This document shows, piece after piece, positions 52,683-62,368 of a DNA stretch of 64,000 nt. The translations under genes and the position numbers were made by a program. Below the pieces are notes generated by a model that was not told where the DNA came from, made no database searches, and saw nothing but the letters and a program-made list of their open reading frames with translations. Source of the DNA: Candidatus Obscuribacterales bacterium (GTDB lineage Bacteria; Cyanobacteriota; Vampirovibrionia; Obscuribacterales; Obscuribacteraceae); contig JAKFVU010000080.1 of the NCBI GenBank assembly GCA_021732025.1, positions 162,656 through 226,655 on the forward strand. Reading direction: 5' to 3'. Within the stretch, counting starts at the first letter, position 1. The number at the start of each line of letters is the position of its first letter.

Positions 52683-53315
52683 ATGAGTACTGAGTCGATC
52701 AAGGTATTGATTGTTGAAGACCATTTGCTAACACGCTTAGGACTGACAATGGTACTCAATGCTTGGCCTACAATTACAGTTGTCGGTGAAGCCGATAATG
52801 GCATCACCGCCTTAGATTTAATCAACGAAATCAAACCTGATGTTGCTGTTGTCGACATTGGTTTGCCACAAATGGATGGTATCGAATGCACTACCATTGT
52901 CAAATCTAGTAAGTCCAATTCACGAATTCTACTTCGCAGCTCGCATCAAGAAGATGATGCCATTCTCGCAGTTATTGGCTCTGGAGCCGATGGCTACTGC
53001 TTAAAAGACTCAAGCGATGCCGTTTTAATTAGCGCCATCGAAACGGTTGCCAGTGGCTACGCTTGGCTCGATTCTCGGGCCGCACGTCAAATACTTTCTA
53101 TGCTCTCAACTGCCAAAGAAAATCGTCAAGGCGAAACAAGTAAGGTCAATCGGCATCAAAACTTAGCTCATGCAGTTAATCTCAATCAGGATGAGCAATT
53201 AATACTAGAAACGATTTGTAGGCAAGAATTCAAAGCGAGCAAGCCAGATCAGCTTCGCCAGTTACTAAACAAAATAGCTTCAGCTCTATCAAGCATCAAT
53301 GGAGAAAGGAATTAA
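52683..53315 (+). CDS. response regulator (NarL-like receiver) with atypical/degenerate C-terminal output region
   Basis: The receiver domain is clear (VLIVEDH...DVAVVDIGLPQMDG...). The C-terminal roughly 70 aa lacks a recognisable LuxR helix-turn-helix. TAAATG junction with the kinase gene. Confidence 0.8.
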   Translation: MSTESIKVLIVEDHLLTRLGLTMVLNAWPTITVVGEADNGITALDLINEIKPDVAVVDIGLPQMDGIECTTIVKSSKSNSRILLRSSHQEDDAILAVIGSGADGYCLKDSSDAVLISAIETVASGYAWLDSRAARQILSMLSTAKENRQGETSKVNRHQNLAHAVNLNQDEQLILETICRQEFKASKPDQLRQLLNKIASALSSINGERN

Positions 53316-54069
53316 AAAGCTCTTTGGCATTCTCATTTTGTGCTTTTGAGATAAAGAAGCTTTCGCCAAACTGTACCTTCTTATAGCCTTGTGGTGCATC
53401 AAAAATAGATAGTGGAATCGCTCGACCGTGTATATCATTTGTCTTTAAGGTACTTTCAGTCGTGCCGGTCGCTCTAATTCGTTTGACCACTAGGGGCACA
53501 CCTGGCACTGCCGGCATGCCAAAGAAACGGGCAAAAACAGAACCACTGCTTTTTCCGGAGGGGCAATCAAGACACATTACGATGGCCTGGTTCTTATCAT
53601 CGACATTGTCTTTATTGCCCTTCTTGCCAATCGCTGACTGCATGTAGAGGCCGACTACTTCAGTTGCTGGAAAGACACAGCGGAGGGCTGGAACATCCTT
53701 GAACCAATCTTTCTCGATAGTGACTGGGGTGGTCAACTCGGCAGCCCAATGCATTTTGTTCATATGATACTTGTGGCACCAATCGTTGTTGCTAATACTC
53801 ATAATAGTACGGTCGCCACTTTTCCAAGCAACGACGTTCCAGTCAGGCGCTCGACTAACCAGGGTACATTTGGCATTGAGTAAATCAACCCGTATTCCTG
53901 ATTTAGTTACTTGTACCTTGAATTTCTCGGGTCGGTTAGAAGCTAAATCAAGGATATAACCTTGCTCTGATTGAATGCCCTTGGCGGTCACTGGAGTAGA
54001 AAAAGTTATAGCTGCTACAGTAAATAGATTAGCAACAACGAAGCTGGCAAATAGACTGCGCGAATTCAA
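53296..54069 (-). CDS. secreted hypothetical protein, distant paralog of 39247..40143
   Basis: Signal peptide (LFASFVVANLFTVAAITFSTPVTAKG). Shares the APDW block. Its 3' end overlaps the convergent response-regulator gene by 20 nt. Confidence 0.55.
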   Translation of the reverse strand: MNSRSLFASFVVANLFTVAAITFSTPVTAKGIQSEQGYILDLASNRPEKFKVQVTKSGIRVDLLNAKCTLVSRAPDWNVVAWKSGDRTIMSISNNDWCHKYHMNKMHWAAELTTPVTIEKDWFKDVPALRCVFPATEVVGLYMQSAIGKKGNKDNVDDKNQAIVMCLDCPSGKSSGSVFARFFGMPAVPGVPLVVKRIRATGTTESTLKTNDIHGRAIPLSIFDAPQGYKKVQFGESFFISKAQNENAKELFNSFLH

Positions 54070-54113
54070 ACAGATGCTCCCTTAAGATCTCAAATAACAT
54101 TTTACCCTCAATA

Positions 54114-56489
54114 TCACGGGAAACCTCGCCAGTAGCGCCGGTCAAACACAGGCTCAAACTCGCAGCCAGGAATAGCTCTTCTAAAACGCTGTTTTTCGCC
54201 ATCAGTCCAATTTCTATCGAGCATTAACTTCCTCAACTTAGGCATGCGCTGAAAATAGCTCAAAGAAGCTGGAGTAAGCTGACAACGAGTGATTCGCAGA
54301 GACTTGAGATTCTTCATGCGCGTTAGTGGCTCAAGATCTTTGTCTTTCAAATCAACAGACAAGAGCCACACTTCTTCAATATTGTCAAAACCGGGCAAGG
54401 CACGCAATAGCGAGTAAACATCACTAATGCGTTTTACTTTGATGCTCTTCAATTTCTTCAAGAGAGGCTGGTTGACAATGGCGCTACCACTAACATCATG
54501 GCCACACAGGCCCAAAGAGCGCAGACCATCAAACGAATTTAAAACGGGCAAGAAGCTGTCAGAGACCAGCGATTCTTCGTATCTGCCTTCATATCGAGGC
54601 AAAGCTTTAATCAGAGAATTGAAAAAACACAGGTCTTTCAAGCGGTGCCAGCGCCGCACAATCTCAACAACTTTCATGGGATAGTCAGTTTTAAGACTAA
54701 GGCCTGTAAGATCATCTGGACCAAAACCCTTGAGTAGTTGGGGGTCTTTTTCAGTATGTCCATTGACATAGAAGTGAACGTCTTTTTGCCGTCCACCGGC
54801 CTTGGCTTCGCCAACTACAATCTTGCCCACAGCAAACTGAATCGGTCCGTTATCAATTTGAATAGCTCCTAAATAAATGTCTTTAGGAAAATAGAACGCC
54901 CCTTGTACTTTAGTAATTGGTGGCGGTGCACCCGGTCTTGCAGACTTCTCTATTAGCGCCGCCAGGCGTTTCTTGTAGGTGTTTTCAATCGAGATTTGAT
55001 TGTCCCAGGAGAAGGTTTGGAAAAGCTTTTTCTCAGCTTGGCTGGCACCAACTCTGTCCAGGTCGGCCGGAGAGGCGATGTTATGATTCATAGCCAATTT
55101 AGCTATGTCTATGTCTATGTCTTCCACTTTAAGAGCACTGAGATCTTGGATATTGGAAATATCCTCGTCATTTGCTTTGGGGCCGACCTTGGAGCTTGGT
55201 TTAGGGCTAGCCTTAGAACTTACTTTAGAGTCTTCTTTCGAGACCGCTTTAGAGTTGCCCTTAGACATTGCTTGCACCTTGAGTGGCTGGTCCGAAGCCA
55301 CACTCTTCACGCTATCAGGAGCTTTACTTGCTGATGGCTTCCAAAGCAACGCAACAAAAAGGCCAATAATTACTAGCGAAAAAGTTACCGCTAAACCCAT
55401 CCAAATCTTTGGGTTGGATAGCAGGGAGACCTTTTCTAATTCTGGGTCTTGCTCTCCTTCAACTCCAATCTCAGAGGTGCGCAGCCCTTTCGTTGAAACA
55501 TCCTTACCTTGCTTGACCCGCTCTAAATCATGCTTCAGTTGTTGCATTGATTGATAACGATCACTGGCATTTTTCTGCAAAGTCTTAGCAATCACAGCTT
55601 CTAAACTATCGGGAAAACCTTCTGCATTACTTGATTCAGCACGGCGACTTTCCAGAGTAGGAGCGGCGTCTGCTTGGTGCATCATGAAAGTCTGAAAAGC
55701 GTTATTTCCCTTGAACGGCGGCTCGCCAGTAAGAGATTCAAACAGGGTGCAGCCCAGCGAATAAATATCGGCACGCTGGTCTACTCGCTCGCCGCGGCAC
55801 TGCTCAGGGCTCATATAATACGGTGTGCCAAAGACTAACCCAGTAGCGGTCTGACTCTGATTTCCATGCCCGCTGCGGTTAACTCTTGCTATACCAAAAT
55901 CGACAACTTTTATTTGAGTGACAAAACCATTTTGATCACGCAGTAACATCAAATTAGTGGGCTTGATGTCGCGATGAATTACTCCTTGCACATGCGCCGA
56001 ATGCAGTGCATCAGCCACTTGAATAAAATAATCGAGAGCCTGAGAAACAGTAAGCGGACCAGACTTTGTCAACAAATCATCGAGATTCTCACCGGAAAGC
56101 AAATCCATTACATAATAAGGAGTGTCGCCGCTGGCATTTTCACCAACCGTGCTGCCATGATGAACACCCATGTTGTGAATGCCGACAATGCCCCTATGGT
56201 TGAGCTTTGCCAGAGCCTTTGCTTCAATCTGAAAGCGATTCCAGGCCTCGCTACTGAGCTCATTAGCAAGCAAAAATTTGAGGGCATAATTCTTCTGCAA
56301 AACTAAATGGGTGCAAGAATAAACCACCCCCATGGCCCCTTGGCCAATTACTTTATTGAGGCGATAGCTCTGATCAATGACCATTCCGGGGCGAAAGCTT
56401 GAACCAATTTCACTTTTATGCGCGCCAGTAGAAACGGTTCTATCAGCGTCACGGAAATTGTCAGATGGACCATCTGTTGGAGCGGCCAC
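54114..56489 (-). CDS. Ser/Thr protein kinase - TM - LRR-like C-terminal domain
   Basis: GQGAMGVVY, YALKFL (Lys), HRDIKPTNLM, DFGIAR and SPEQ. One TM helix (IWMGLAVTFSLVIIGLFVALLW). C-terminal leucine-rich repeats (LKNLKSLRITRCQLTPASLSYFQRMPKLRKLMLD). Confidence 0.85.
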   Translation of the reverse strand: MAAPTDGPSDNFRDADRTVSTGAHKSEIGSSFRPGMVIDQSYRLNKVIGQGAMGVVYSCTHLVLQKNYALKFLLANELSSEAWNRFQIEAKALAKLNHRGIVGIHNMGVHHGSTVGENASGDTPYYVMDLLSGENLDDLLTKSGPLTVSQALDYFIQVADALHSAHVQGVIHRDIKPTNLMLLRDQNGFVTQIKVVDFGIARVNRSGHGNQSQTATGLVFGTPYYMSPEQCRGERVDQRADIYSLGCTLFESLTGEPPFKGNNAFQTFMMHQADAAPTLESRRAESSNAEGFPDSLEAVIAKTLQKNASDRYQSMQQLKHDLERVKQGKDVSTKGLRTSEIGVEGEQDPELEKVSLLSNPKIWMGLAVTFSLVIIGLFVALLWKPSASKAPDSVKSVASDQPLKVQAMSKGNSKAVSKEDSKVSSKASPKPSSKVGPKANDEDISNIQDLSALKVEDIDIDIAKLAMNHNIASPADLDRVGASQAEKKLFQTFSWDNQISIENTYKKRLAALIEKSARPGAPPPITKVQGAFYFPKDIYLGAIQIDNGPIQFAVGKIVVGEAKAGGRQKDVHFYVNGHTEKDPQLLKGFGPDDLTGLSLKTDYPMKVVEIVRRWHRLKDLCFFNSLIKALPRYEGRYEESLVSDSFLPVLNSFDGLRSLGLCGHDVSGSAIVNQPLLKKLKSIKVKRISDVYSLLRALPGFDNIEEVWLLSVDLKDKDLEPLTRMKNLKSLRITRCQLTPASLSYFQRMPKLRKLMLDRNWTDGEKQRFRRAIPGCEFEPVFDRRYWRGFP

Positions 56490-56577
56490 AAGCTACCTTT
56501 TCAAATTGCGCCTTCATTTTAACAGTCGGGTGTGGCAGTTCTGTGGAATCGAGCAGAAATCGCCAACCCAGCAAGTA

Positions 56578-58824
56578 TTAAGGTTCTGAAGGCGCCTTCT
56601 CAGGGCCAAGCTTCCAGAAACGGAAATCGAAGACAGATTCAAATTCATAACCGGGTAGAGCTTGTTTAAATCGCTCAATGTCTTCTTTTGACCAGCTCCT
56701 ATCGAGTTTTAACTTGACCAGAGATGGCATACGCTTGAAGTATTCGATTGACGCAGGTGTAAGTTGACTGCGAGTAATGCGCAGACTCTTAAGATTTTTC
56801 ATGCGCGTCAACGGCTCTAAATCACGGTCTTCTAAAGCCAGTGACATGAGCCACAGCTCCTCAATATTATCAAAACGTGGCAGAGTCTCAAGCAAGGGCT
56901 GGACATTCTTGATGCCCTTAACCTTCAATGTTTGCAATTTGCTCAGCAGGGGCATCTTGGCCACCGCAGGGCCACTGACATGAGCGCCGGCCACCCCCAG
57001 AGAACGCAAATTCGTGAACCCGGCAAGACTAGGCAACATAGCATCGGTCAAAGGAGAGTCTTCAATGCGATTTTCATAGGTGGGCAAACACTTGGTGATG
57101 CCGTTAAAGAACGAAAGATCTTTTAGCCGTCGCCATTTTTTCAATTCGGCAATTGCCTTGGGAACATCGTTCACCTTAAGATCAATTCCGGTTAAGTCAT
57201 CTGCAGTAAAACGATCTAGAATCTGCACATAGTCTTGCGATAGCACACTAGTGTAGTAATGCACTTCATGCTCGTTTGCTTGCTCTTGACCGTACGGCAA
57301 GGGCATAAAACCTGTTGCATACTTGATCGGCCCATTATCAAACTGAATTGCCCCCAAGTAAAACTCTGAGGGAAACTGATAGCCTGTCGGCTTCTTGTAT
57401 CGAATCTGCTTAACACCGGGCAGAGATGTTGCCACCATGTAAGACTCAACTTTCTTGCGACAAGACGATTCGTACTCTCCTTCAGCAGGCCAATCAAACT
57501 TGCTAAAAAATGCGGCTTCTGCAGGGCTAGTGCCGATTTGCTTCATCAATGCCGGTGGTGTGAGCTTAACATGTTCGTACTCGGCAAATACGTCAGCCAT
57601 TTCACTATTGGCCTTAATATGGGCTGTAGGCGGCTTCCAGAAAGTCACCGCGAGAAGTGCGATAAGACCCCCGGCAGCGAGAAGCGAAGCAGCAAGCAGC
57701 AAGCGGGATGGCAATAAGCTTTTCTCGTCACCAAAATCGTCTTCATCATAGTCTTCACTATCATCGTAAGACTCTCTATCTCGAGGTTGCAAGCGGCTCG
57801 TATCAAAAAGCTCAACATCAGTTACCGTGGTGCGCCGCATTCCTCTGCGCGTCACTTCCTTTCCTTGTATCACCCGCTCTAAGTCATGCAAAAGCTGAGA
57901 CATTGATTGATAGCGCTCAGCTACATTCTTTTGCAAAGCCTTCTCGACCAAAGCTTCTAAGCCAGCAGAAAACTCTTCACTGCTAGCCTGCTCGTTTCTC
58001 TTACTCGTCAAAGTTGGTGCCGTATCAGTTTGATGCATCATGAAAGTTTGAAAAGCATTGCCCCCTCTAAAAGGAGGTTCACCCGTGAGCGCTTCAAAAA
58101 GCGTGCATCCAAAAGAATAAATGTCTGATCGTTCGTCCACCCGTTCACCGCGACACTGCTCAGGACTCATGTAAAAAGGAGTTCCGATAATCACTCCAGT
58201 AGCAGTCTGACTTTGTGCACCATGGCCACTCTGATTGACTCGGGCAATGCCAAAATCGACAATTTTCAACTGTGCCACCCGGTTAGATTGATCACGCACC
58301 AGCATCAAATTAGAAGGTTTAATATCTCTGTGTACAACACCTTGTGCGTGTGCCGATTGCAGGGCATTAGCTACTTGCATGAAGTAGCTAAGGGCATCAC
58401 TGACAGGGAGGGGGCCAGATTTTCTAATCAAGTCGTTGAGGTTTTCACCAGAAAGCAGATCCATCACATAATATGGCGTCTTGTCGTCAAGGCCATGATG
58501 TATTCCCATATTGTGAATGCCAACGATGCCAGGGTGATTTAGTTTAGCCAAGACTTTGGCTTCAATTTGAAATCGACCCCAGGCTTCACTACTTAGCTCG
58601 TTGGCCAGCAAAAGCTTGAGAGCATAGTCTTTCTGCAAGACCAGGTGAGTGCAGGAAAAGACAACACCCATGGCCCCTTGGCCAATTTCATCAATCAGTT
58701 GGTAAGTCTGATCGACAATCAGACCAGGTTTAAAAACGGTGACAGTTCGGCCCCTCGCACCGATAGAAGAGATAGTTCTATCGGCCCCATTGGTGGTGTC
58801 AAATTGTTCATTAGACGGAGGCAC
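56578..58824 (-). CDS. Ser/Thr protein kinase - TM - LRR-like C-terminal domain (tandem paralog)
   Basis: Same architecture and long identical stretches with 54114..56489 (HRDIKPSNLM, DFGIAR, LEPLTRMKNLKSLRITRSQLTPAS). Confidence 0.85.
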   Translation of the reverse strand: MPPSNEQFDTTNGADRTISSIGARGRTVTVFKPGLIVDQTYQLIDEIGQGAMGVVFSCTHLVLQKDYALKLLLANELSSEAWGRFQIEAKVLAKLNHPGIVGIHNMGIHHGLDDKTPYYVMDLLSGENLNDLIRKSGPLPVSDALSYFMQVANALQSAHAQGVVHRDIKPSNLMLVRDQSNRVAQLKIVDFGIARVNQSGHGAQSQTATGVIIGTPFYMSPEQCRGERVDERSDIYSFGCTLFEALTGEPPFRGGNAFQTFMMHQTDTAPTLTSKRNEQASSEEFSAGLEALVEKALQKNVAERYQSMSQLLHDLERVIQGKEVTRRGMRRTTVTDVELFDTSRLQPRDRESYDDSEDYDEDDFGDEKSLLPSRLLLAASLLAAGGLIALLAVTFWKPPTAHIKANSEMADVFAEYEHVKLTPPALMKQIGTSPAEAAFFSKFDWPAEGEYESSCRKKVESYMVATSLPGVKQIRYKKPTGYQFPSEFYLGAIQFDNGPIKYATGFMPLPYGQEQANEHEVHYYTSVLSQDYVQILDRFTADDLTGIDLKVNDVPKAIAELKKWRRLKDLSFFNGITKCLPTYENRIEDSPLTDAMLPSLAGFTNLRSLGVAGAHVSGPAVAKMPLLSKLQTLKVKGIKNVQPLLETLPRFDNIEELWLMSLALEDRDLEPLTRMKNLKSLRITRSQLTPASIEYFKRMPSLVKLKLDRSWSKEDIERFKQALPGYEFESVFDFRFWKLGPEKAPSEP

Positions 58825-58901
58825 AAATTACCTGATTTAACGTGAACCAATTGTACCAATCTGGTGTGGAAGATTCTGGGCACAGGCAAATAACAGAACC
58901 A

Positions 58902-59507
58902 TTACTTTGGCTGCTCTACCAAGTAAACCGCTATCACTCGATAGGGTCCGGGCTCACGAACATGAAACTCCTCCGCTTCCAAGGCAGCCTTCGCCTCCTC
59001 AAGGGTCTTAAACAAGCAGTGCGAGTTAATATCAAACATCTGAGTGAGATCGGTGCATGCCAGCAGCGAGCATTCAGGAGCGTTACCCACGGTATACTCG
59101 ACCACATCATAACCATGCAGAATTTTCGCCGTCGGTATAATCACATTTGTGTAAAAATTAGGACAGGCCTCAAACTCGCTCCAAGTTGGCTCATCGGTCG
59201 TCTGATCAAAATCAAACTCTTTCTCATAAGCTTCGTAATAGAACAAAGTCATTTTTGAAAGGTCAATCTCATGCTCTGCAGCAAAAGATTGCAACTCCTC
59301 TGGCGTATTAAATAGCCAAAAACCATTGTGCTTCCAAAATGGAATGTAATCATAAAAGTCAGAAGTTGAATTACCGGGACAATCGCCCAGGGTGTGAATG
59401 TCTTCAACCTGCTCAGCCAAAAGGCTATTTCGCTTCGGCCACTGAATTTTGTACATATATCCAATCGGAATCACTGACTCTTCCTCAAACCATAGATATT
59501 GCTTCAA
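58902..59507 (-). CDS. hypothetical acidic protein
   Basis: 201-aa ORF with no motif recognised. Confidence 0.5.
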   Translation of the reverse strand: MKQYLWFEEESVIPIGYMYKIQWPKRNSLLAEQVEDIHTLGDCPGNSTSDFYDYIPFWKHNGFWLFNTPEELQSFAAEHEIDLSKMTLFYYEAYEKEFDFDQTTDEPTWSEFEACPNFYTNVIIPTAKILHGYDVVEYTVGNAPECSLLACTDLTQMFDINSHCLFKTLEEAKAALEAEEFHVREPGPYRVIAVYLVEQPK

Positions 59508-59879
59508 ATCAGAGCGCCGTGTAAAGTGCTTCGCGCGAGGATTGCCAACTTTTGATGCCGCCCATCGTGCAATGTTTTGGCAGCCTTAAAGACCAGGGGA
59601 AACCACCACTATAGCGGTCTAGGCTTAGAGACTGCAATGGCGAGCAAAATCATTACTTGGCCGCCCCACGGCCTCTCAGGTCTAGTTGGCACAATTCAAT
59701 GCGCCGCCCAAACACCCGTAGGTATTTGCATGGCTTATCTCATGGAACCTAGACTTCAATTATCTATTTCAATTTTAAATCTCATAAGGACCTTTCCCAC
59801 AGCAAGAACTATATGCACCTTCACTCTTAACTCGCACCACTTTTCTAACGGATTGTTGTGTACACACGTATTTGAAAAC

Positions 59880-60905
59880 ATGAAAACCCCACATGCACCA
59901 AAGCAAGAAAACCAACGCCCTAATAATCTGAGCCCCCGCGAAAATCAACTCTTCAACGAGGCGCAGACCTGGCAGTCGGCAGCAACAACCATGTTCGTCG
60001 GCGGCGACCTCGCCACGGCACTGACATTTTTTCGCAACGCCTTAGGCAAATTACAATCTCTCGGAGCAACCGAGCTGGAAGCTGAACTACACATCAACAT
60101 CGGCTGTGTACTCGACAAAGGCGGAGACAAAGCAGCAGCCAAAGCCGAATTCGCCTCCGCAGTTCTTATCCTCGAGCGTATCTTGGGCAGCTCCGGCGAT
60201 CAAAACTTGATTGTCTTTGCCCGCTTCAACCTCGAGGATACGCAACGCCGCATTCATAGGGACAAGGCTTGCACCCTCATGCAAGAAGCACATGTATTTT
60301 TGCAAAATGGCGATCTGAAGGCTGCCCGTGCCCTCATCGAAAAAGGCATTCCCCTTGCTCAGCACGGCGCTCGCGATGTCATTCTCCACGCGCAGTTGCT
60401 TAATCAGCTAGCATGGACTTTCGGCAAAGAACGCAACTACAAGCAAGGCATCACTCACCTCCAACAAGCCTGCCAACTGCTTATCGGCAAAGGCGGCGCG
60501 ACCTACAAGAAACTCTTTCTCTCGCTTAAGGACAACATTCGCCATTTTCGTGAGGTGAAGAAAGAAGCTCCCGTTCTGGTTTTGCTGGAAGAAGCGACAG
60601 AAGTTATTGACGACAATTTGTTTGAGCAAGGAGAAGCGATTGCTACAAAAGCAGCAGCAAGCTGCCGTCGCATTCTGGGCGCTGATCATCCCCACATGCC
60701 CTTTGCTCTACACAAATTAGGCTTTTGCCAACTGATGCTAGGAGACTACAACAGCGCGCGCCGCAACTTACTTGCAGCTAAAGCCATCATCAGCAAATGG
60801 CCGAAACTTGCAGAAGAAGCCTTTTCTATCGACTTCACATTAGCTTGGGTCGAGCACGATCAACATGGCGATGACTTCGGCTTCGATGTCTATCGTCCAC
60901 GCTAG
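59880..60905 (+). CDS. TPR-repeat protein
   Basis: ATG at 59880 (MKTPHAPKQ...). The ORF-track N-terminal extension from 59577 looks non-coding. Several TPR-like helical pairs. Confidence 0.6.
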   Translation: MKTPHAPKQENQRPNNLSPRENQLFNEAQTWQSAATTMFVGGDLATALTFFRNALGKLQSLGATELEAELHINIGCVLDKGGDKAAAKAEFASAVLILERILGSSGDQNLIVFARFNLEDTQRRIHRDKACTLMQEAHVFLQNGDLKAARALIEKGIPLAQHGARDVILHAQLLNQLAWTFGKERNYKQGITHLQQACQLLIGKGGATYKKLFLSLKDNIRHFREVKKEAPVLVLLEEATEVIDDNLFEQGEAIATKAAASCRRILGADHPHMPFALHKLGFCQLMLGDYNSARRNLLAAKAIISKWPKLAEEAFSIDFTLAWVEHDQHGDDFGFDVYRPR

Positions 60906-60952
60906 TAAACAAAACAAATAAACCTAGTAAGTATCTATCTCTCTGACCAACT

Positions 60953-61552
60953 ATGAATACACCTACTACTGCTAACGTCATCGGCTCACTGCTCCTTCTT
61001 CTTGCCATCGGCAATATGGCAATGTTTATCCGCTTCGCCATTTCCACCAAGCGAGTCGCCACCTACTTCAGCAGAACATATTGCCTGCTGGCCAGTGCCC
61101 TTGTGCTGGTCTTTTCGGAGCGTCTTCACCTTGAAAATCTCGCGCTCTGTCTGCTCGGCATCTGCGCCTTGCTCACACCGCTATCGCTCTATAGCTTCTT
61201 CCATCGGCGCTCATTGCAGGCTGCAGTTGCCATGGCGCCACAGCTGAGTCAGTGGCTCTTGAAGAACTTTGCAGCACTCGATGGTGACGGCGACGGCATC
61301 ATCAGCAGTGGCGACTTGATGTCGTATTGCCAGAACGCTGAAGGCAATCCAACATTCGATGCCGCCGACTTACGCATGGCCCGCAATGCCCAATTCGAGC
61401 TTTGCGAAATTGGACACGTGGTCGATACTGTCGTCAGCTCTAATCCAGCTGTCGGTCTTGTTGTGGTTAATCTCTACGCCATCAGCGCGGCGGATGCCAA
61501 AAGCTATCCCGAGCGTATCGCCAGAGCTAAGGCGCTGGAATACGGTTCCTAA
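60953..61552 (+). CDS. membrane protein with C-terminal EF-hand-like calcium-binding loop
   Basis: Three N-terminal hydrophobic helices followed by LDGDGDGIISSGDL, a canonical DxDxDGxIxxxE/D-type loop. Confidence 0.6.
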   Translation: MNTPTTANVIGSLLLLLAIGNMAMFIRFAISTKRVATYFSRTYCLLASALVLVFSERLHLENLALCLLGICALLTPLSLYSFFHRRSLQAAVAMAPQLSQWLLKNFAALDGDGDGIISSGDLMSYCQNAEGNPTFDAADLRMARNAQFELCEIGHVVDTVVSSNPAVGLVVVNLYAISAADAKSYPERIARAKALEYGS

Positions 61553-61576
61553 TCTAAATTTAAAACCTAGAAAACG

Positions 61577-61978
61577 ATGAATCAAGAACTCTATCTCGTC
61601 ATCGCCTTACTAGCATCCTGCTGCTTGTCCATGGCCACCTACTTGTTGGCCACGCGCAGACGCCGGGCCCTTACCAACCGCGTCAACGCCCTCATCAACA
61701 GCGTCTGGCAGGTCGAAGCCTCCCTGCGTACTCGTGATTGGGAAGCCGATCACATGAGCCATTTGCATAGCACCAACGCTCGCGCCATCACCTTCGACCT
61801 GATGCACGAGCTCACTGCTCTTGCTGAAGAATGTGTGCAACATCGCGATGTGGCCAGAGCCTGGCTTCTCATCGGTCGCCTTGGCTACTGCACGGTTGAG
61901 TCGCGTTGCGACTTAGCTTTAGTGACTGTGGCCAAATTTAACCGCAAACTGCGTCAGTATGACGCTCGCCTAACCTGA
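61577..61978 (+). CDS. hypothetical protein with N-terminal TM helix
   Basis: 133-aa ORF lying 24 nt after the previous gene. Confidence 0.45.
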   Translation: MNQELYLVIALLASCCLSMATYLLATRRRRALTNRVNALINSVWQVEASLRTRDWEADHMSHLHSTNARAITFDLMHELTALAEECVQHRDVARAWLLIGRLGYCTVESRCDLALVTVAKFNRKLRQYDARLT

Positions 61979-61985
61979 ACTTACT

Positions 61986-62336
61986 ATGAATACTACTCTC
62001 TTGAAGCGCATACGCATTCCCCCGGGGCACGTGTTGCGGGTCCCACATGGCGGCAAACCTGAGTTGCGTGCTCTTACCTCAATACCGCAGGTCAGAGAAG
62101 ATGCAGCGAAGCTGGCCAAACGCCGCACCTTGATGGCGAAAGCCGAACAGCTCGGTATGAAAGACGCCCTTGCCAATGGTCACTCATGGTCTCTTGAGCG
62201 GCTGGAAGGGGCTGTTTTCGATCGCTTCTGCCTCTGGGTCGATGCCAAACGCTCTGGTGTGCGCGGCACTAGCCGCCGTTGGAGTGACGCAGCGCTCTAC
62301 CGAGCTATGCTAATACTCAAGCGCCAGGGTCGTTGA
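61986..62336 (+). CDS. hypothetical basic protein
   Basis: 116-aa ORF lying 7 nt after the previous gene. Confidence 0.45.
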   Translation: MNTTLLKRIRIPPGHVLRVPHGGKPELRALTSIPQVREDAAKLAKRRTLMAKAEQLGMKDALANGHSWSLERLEGAVFDRFCLWVDAKRSGVRGTSRRWSDAALYRAMLILKRQGR

Positions 62337-62368
62337 CTGGCTTTCTCAGCTGGAAGCAATGACGCACA

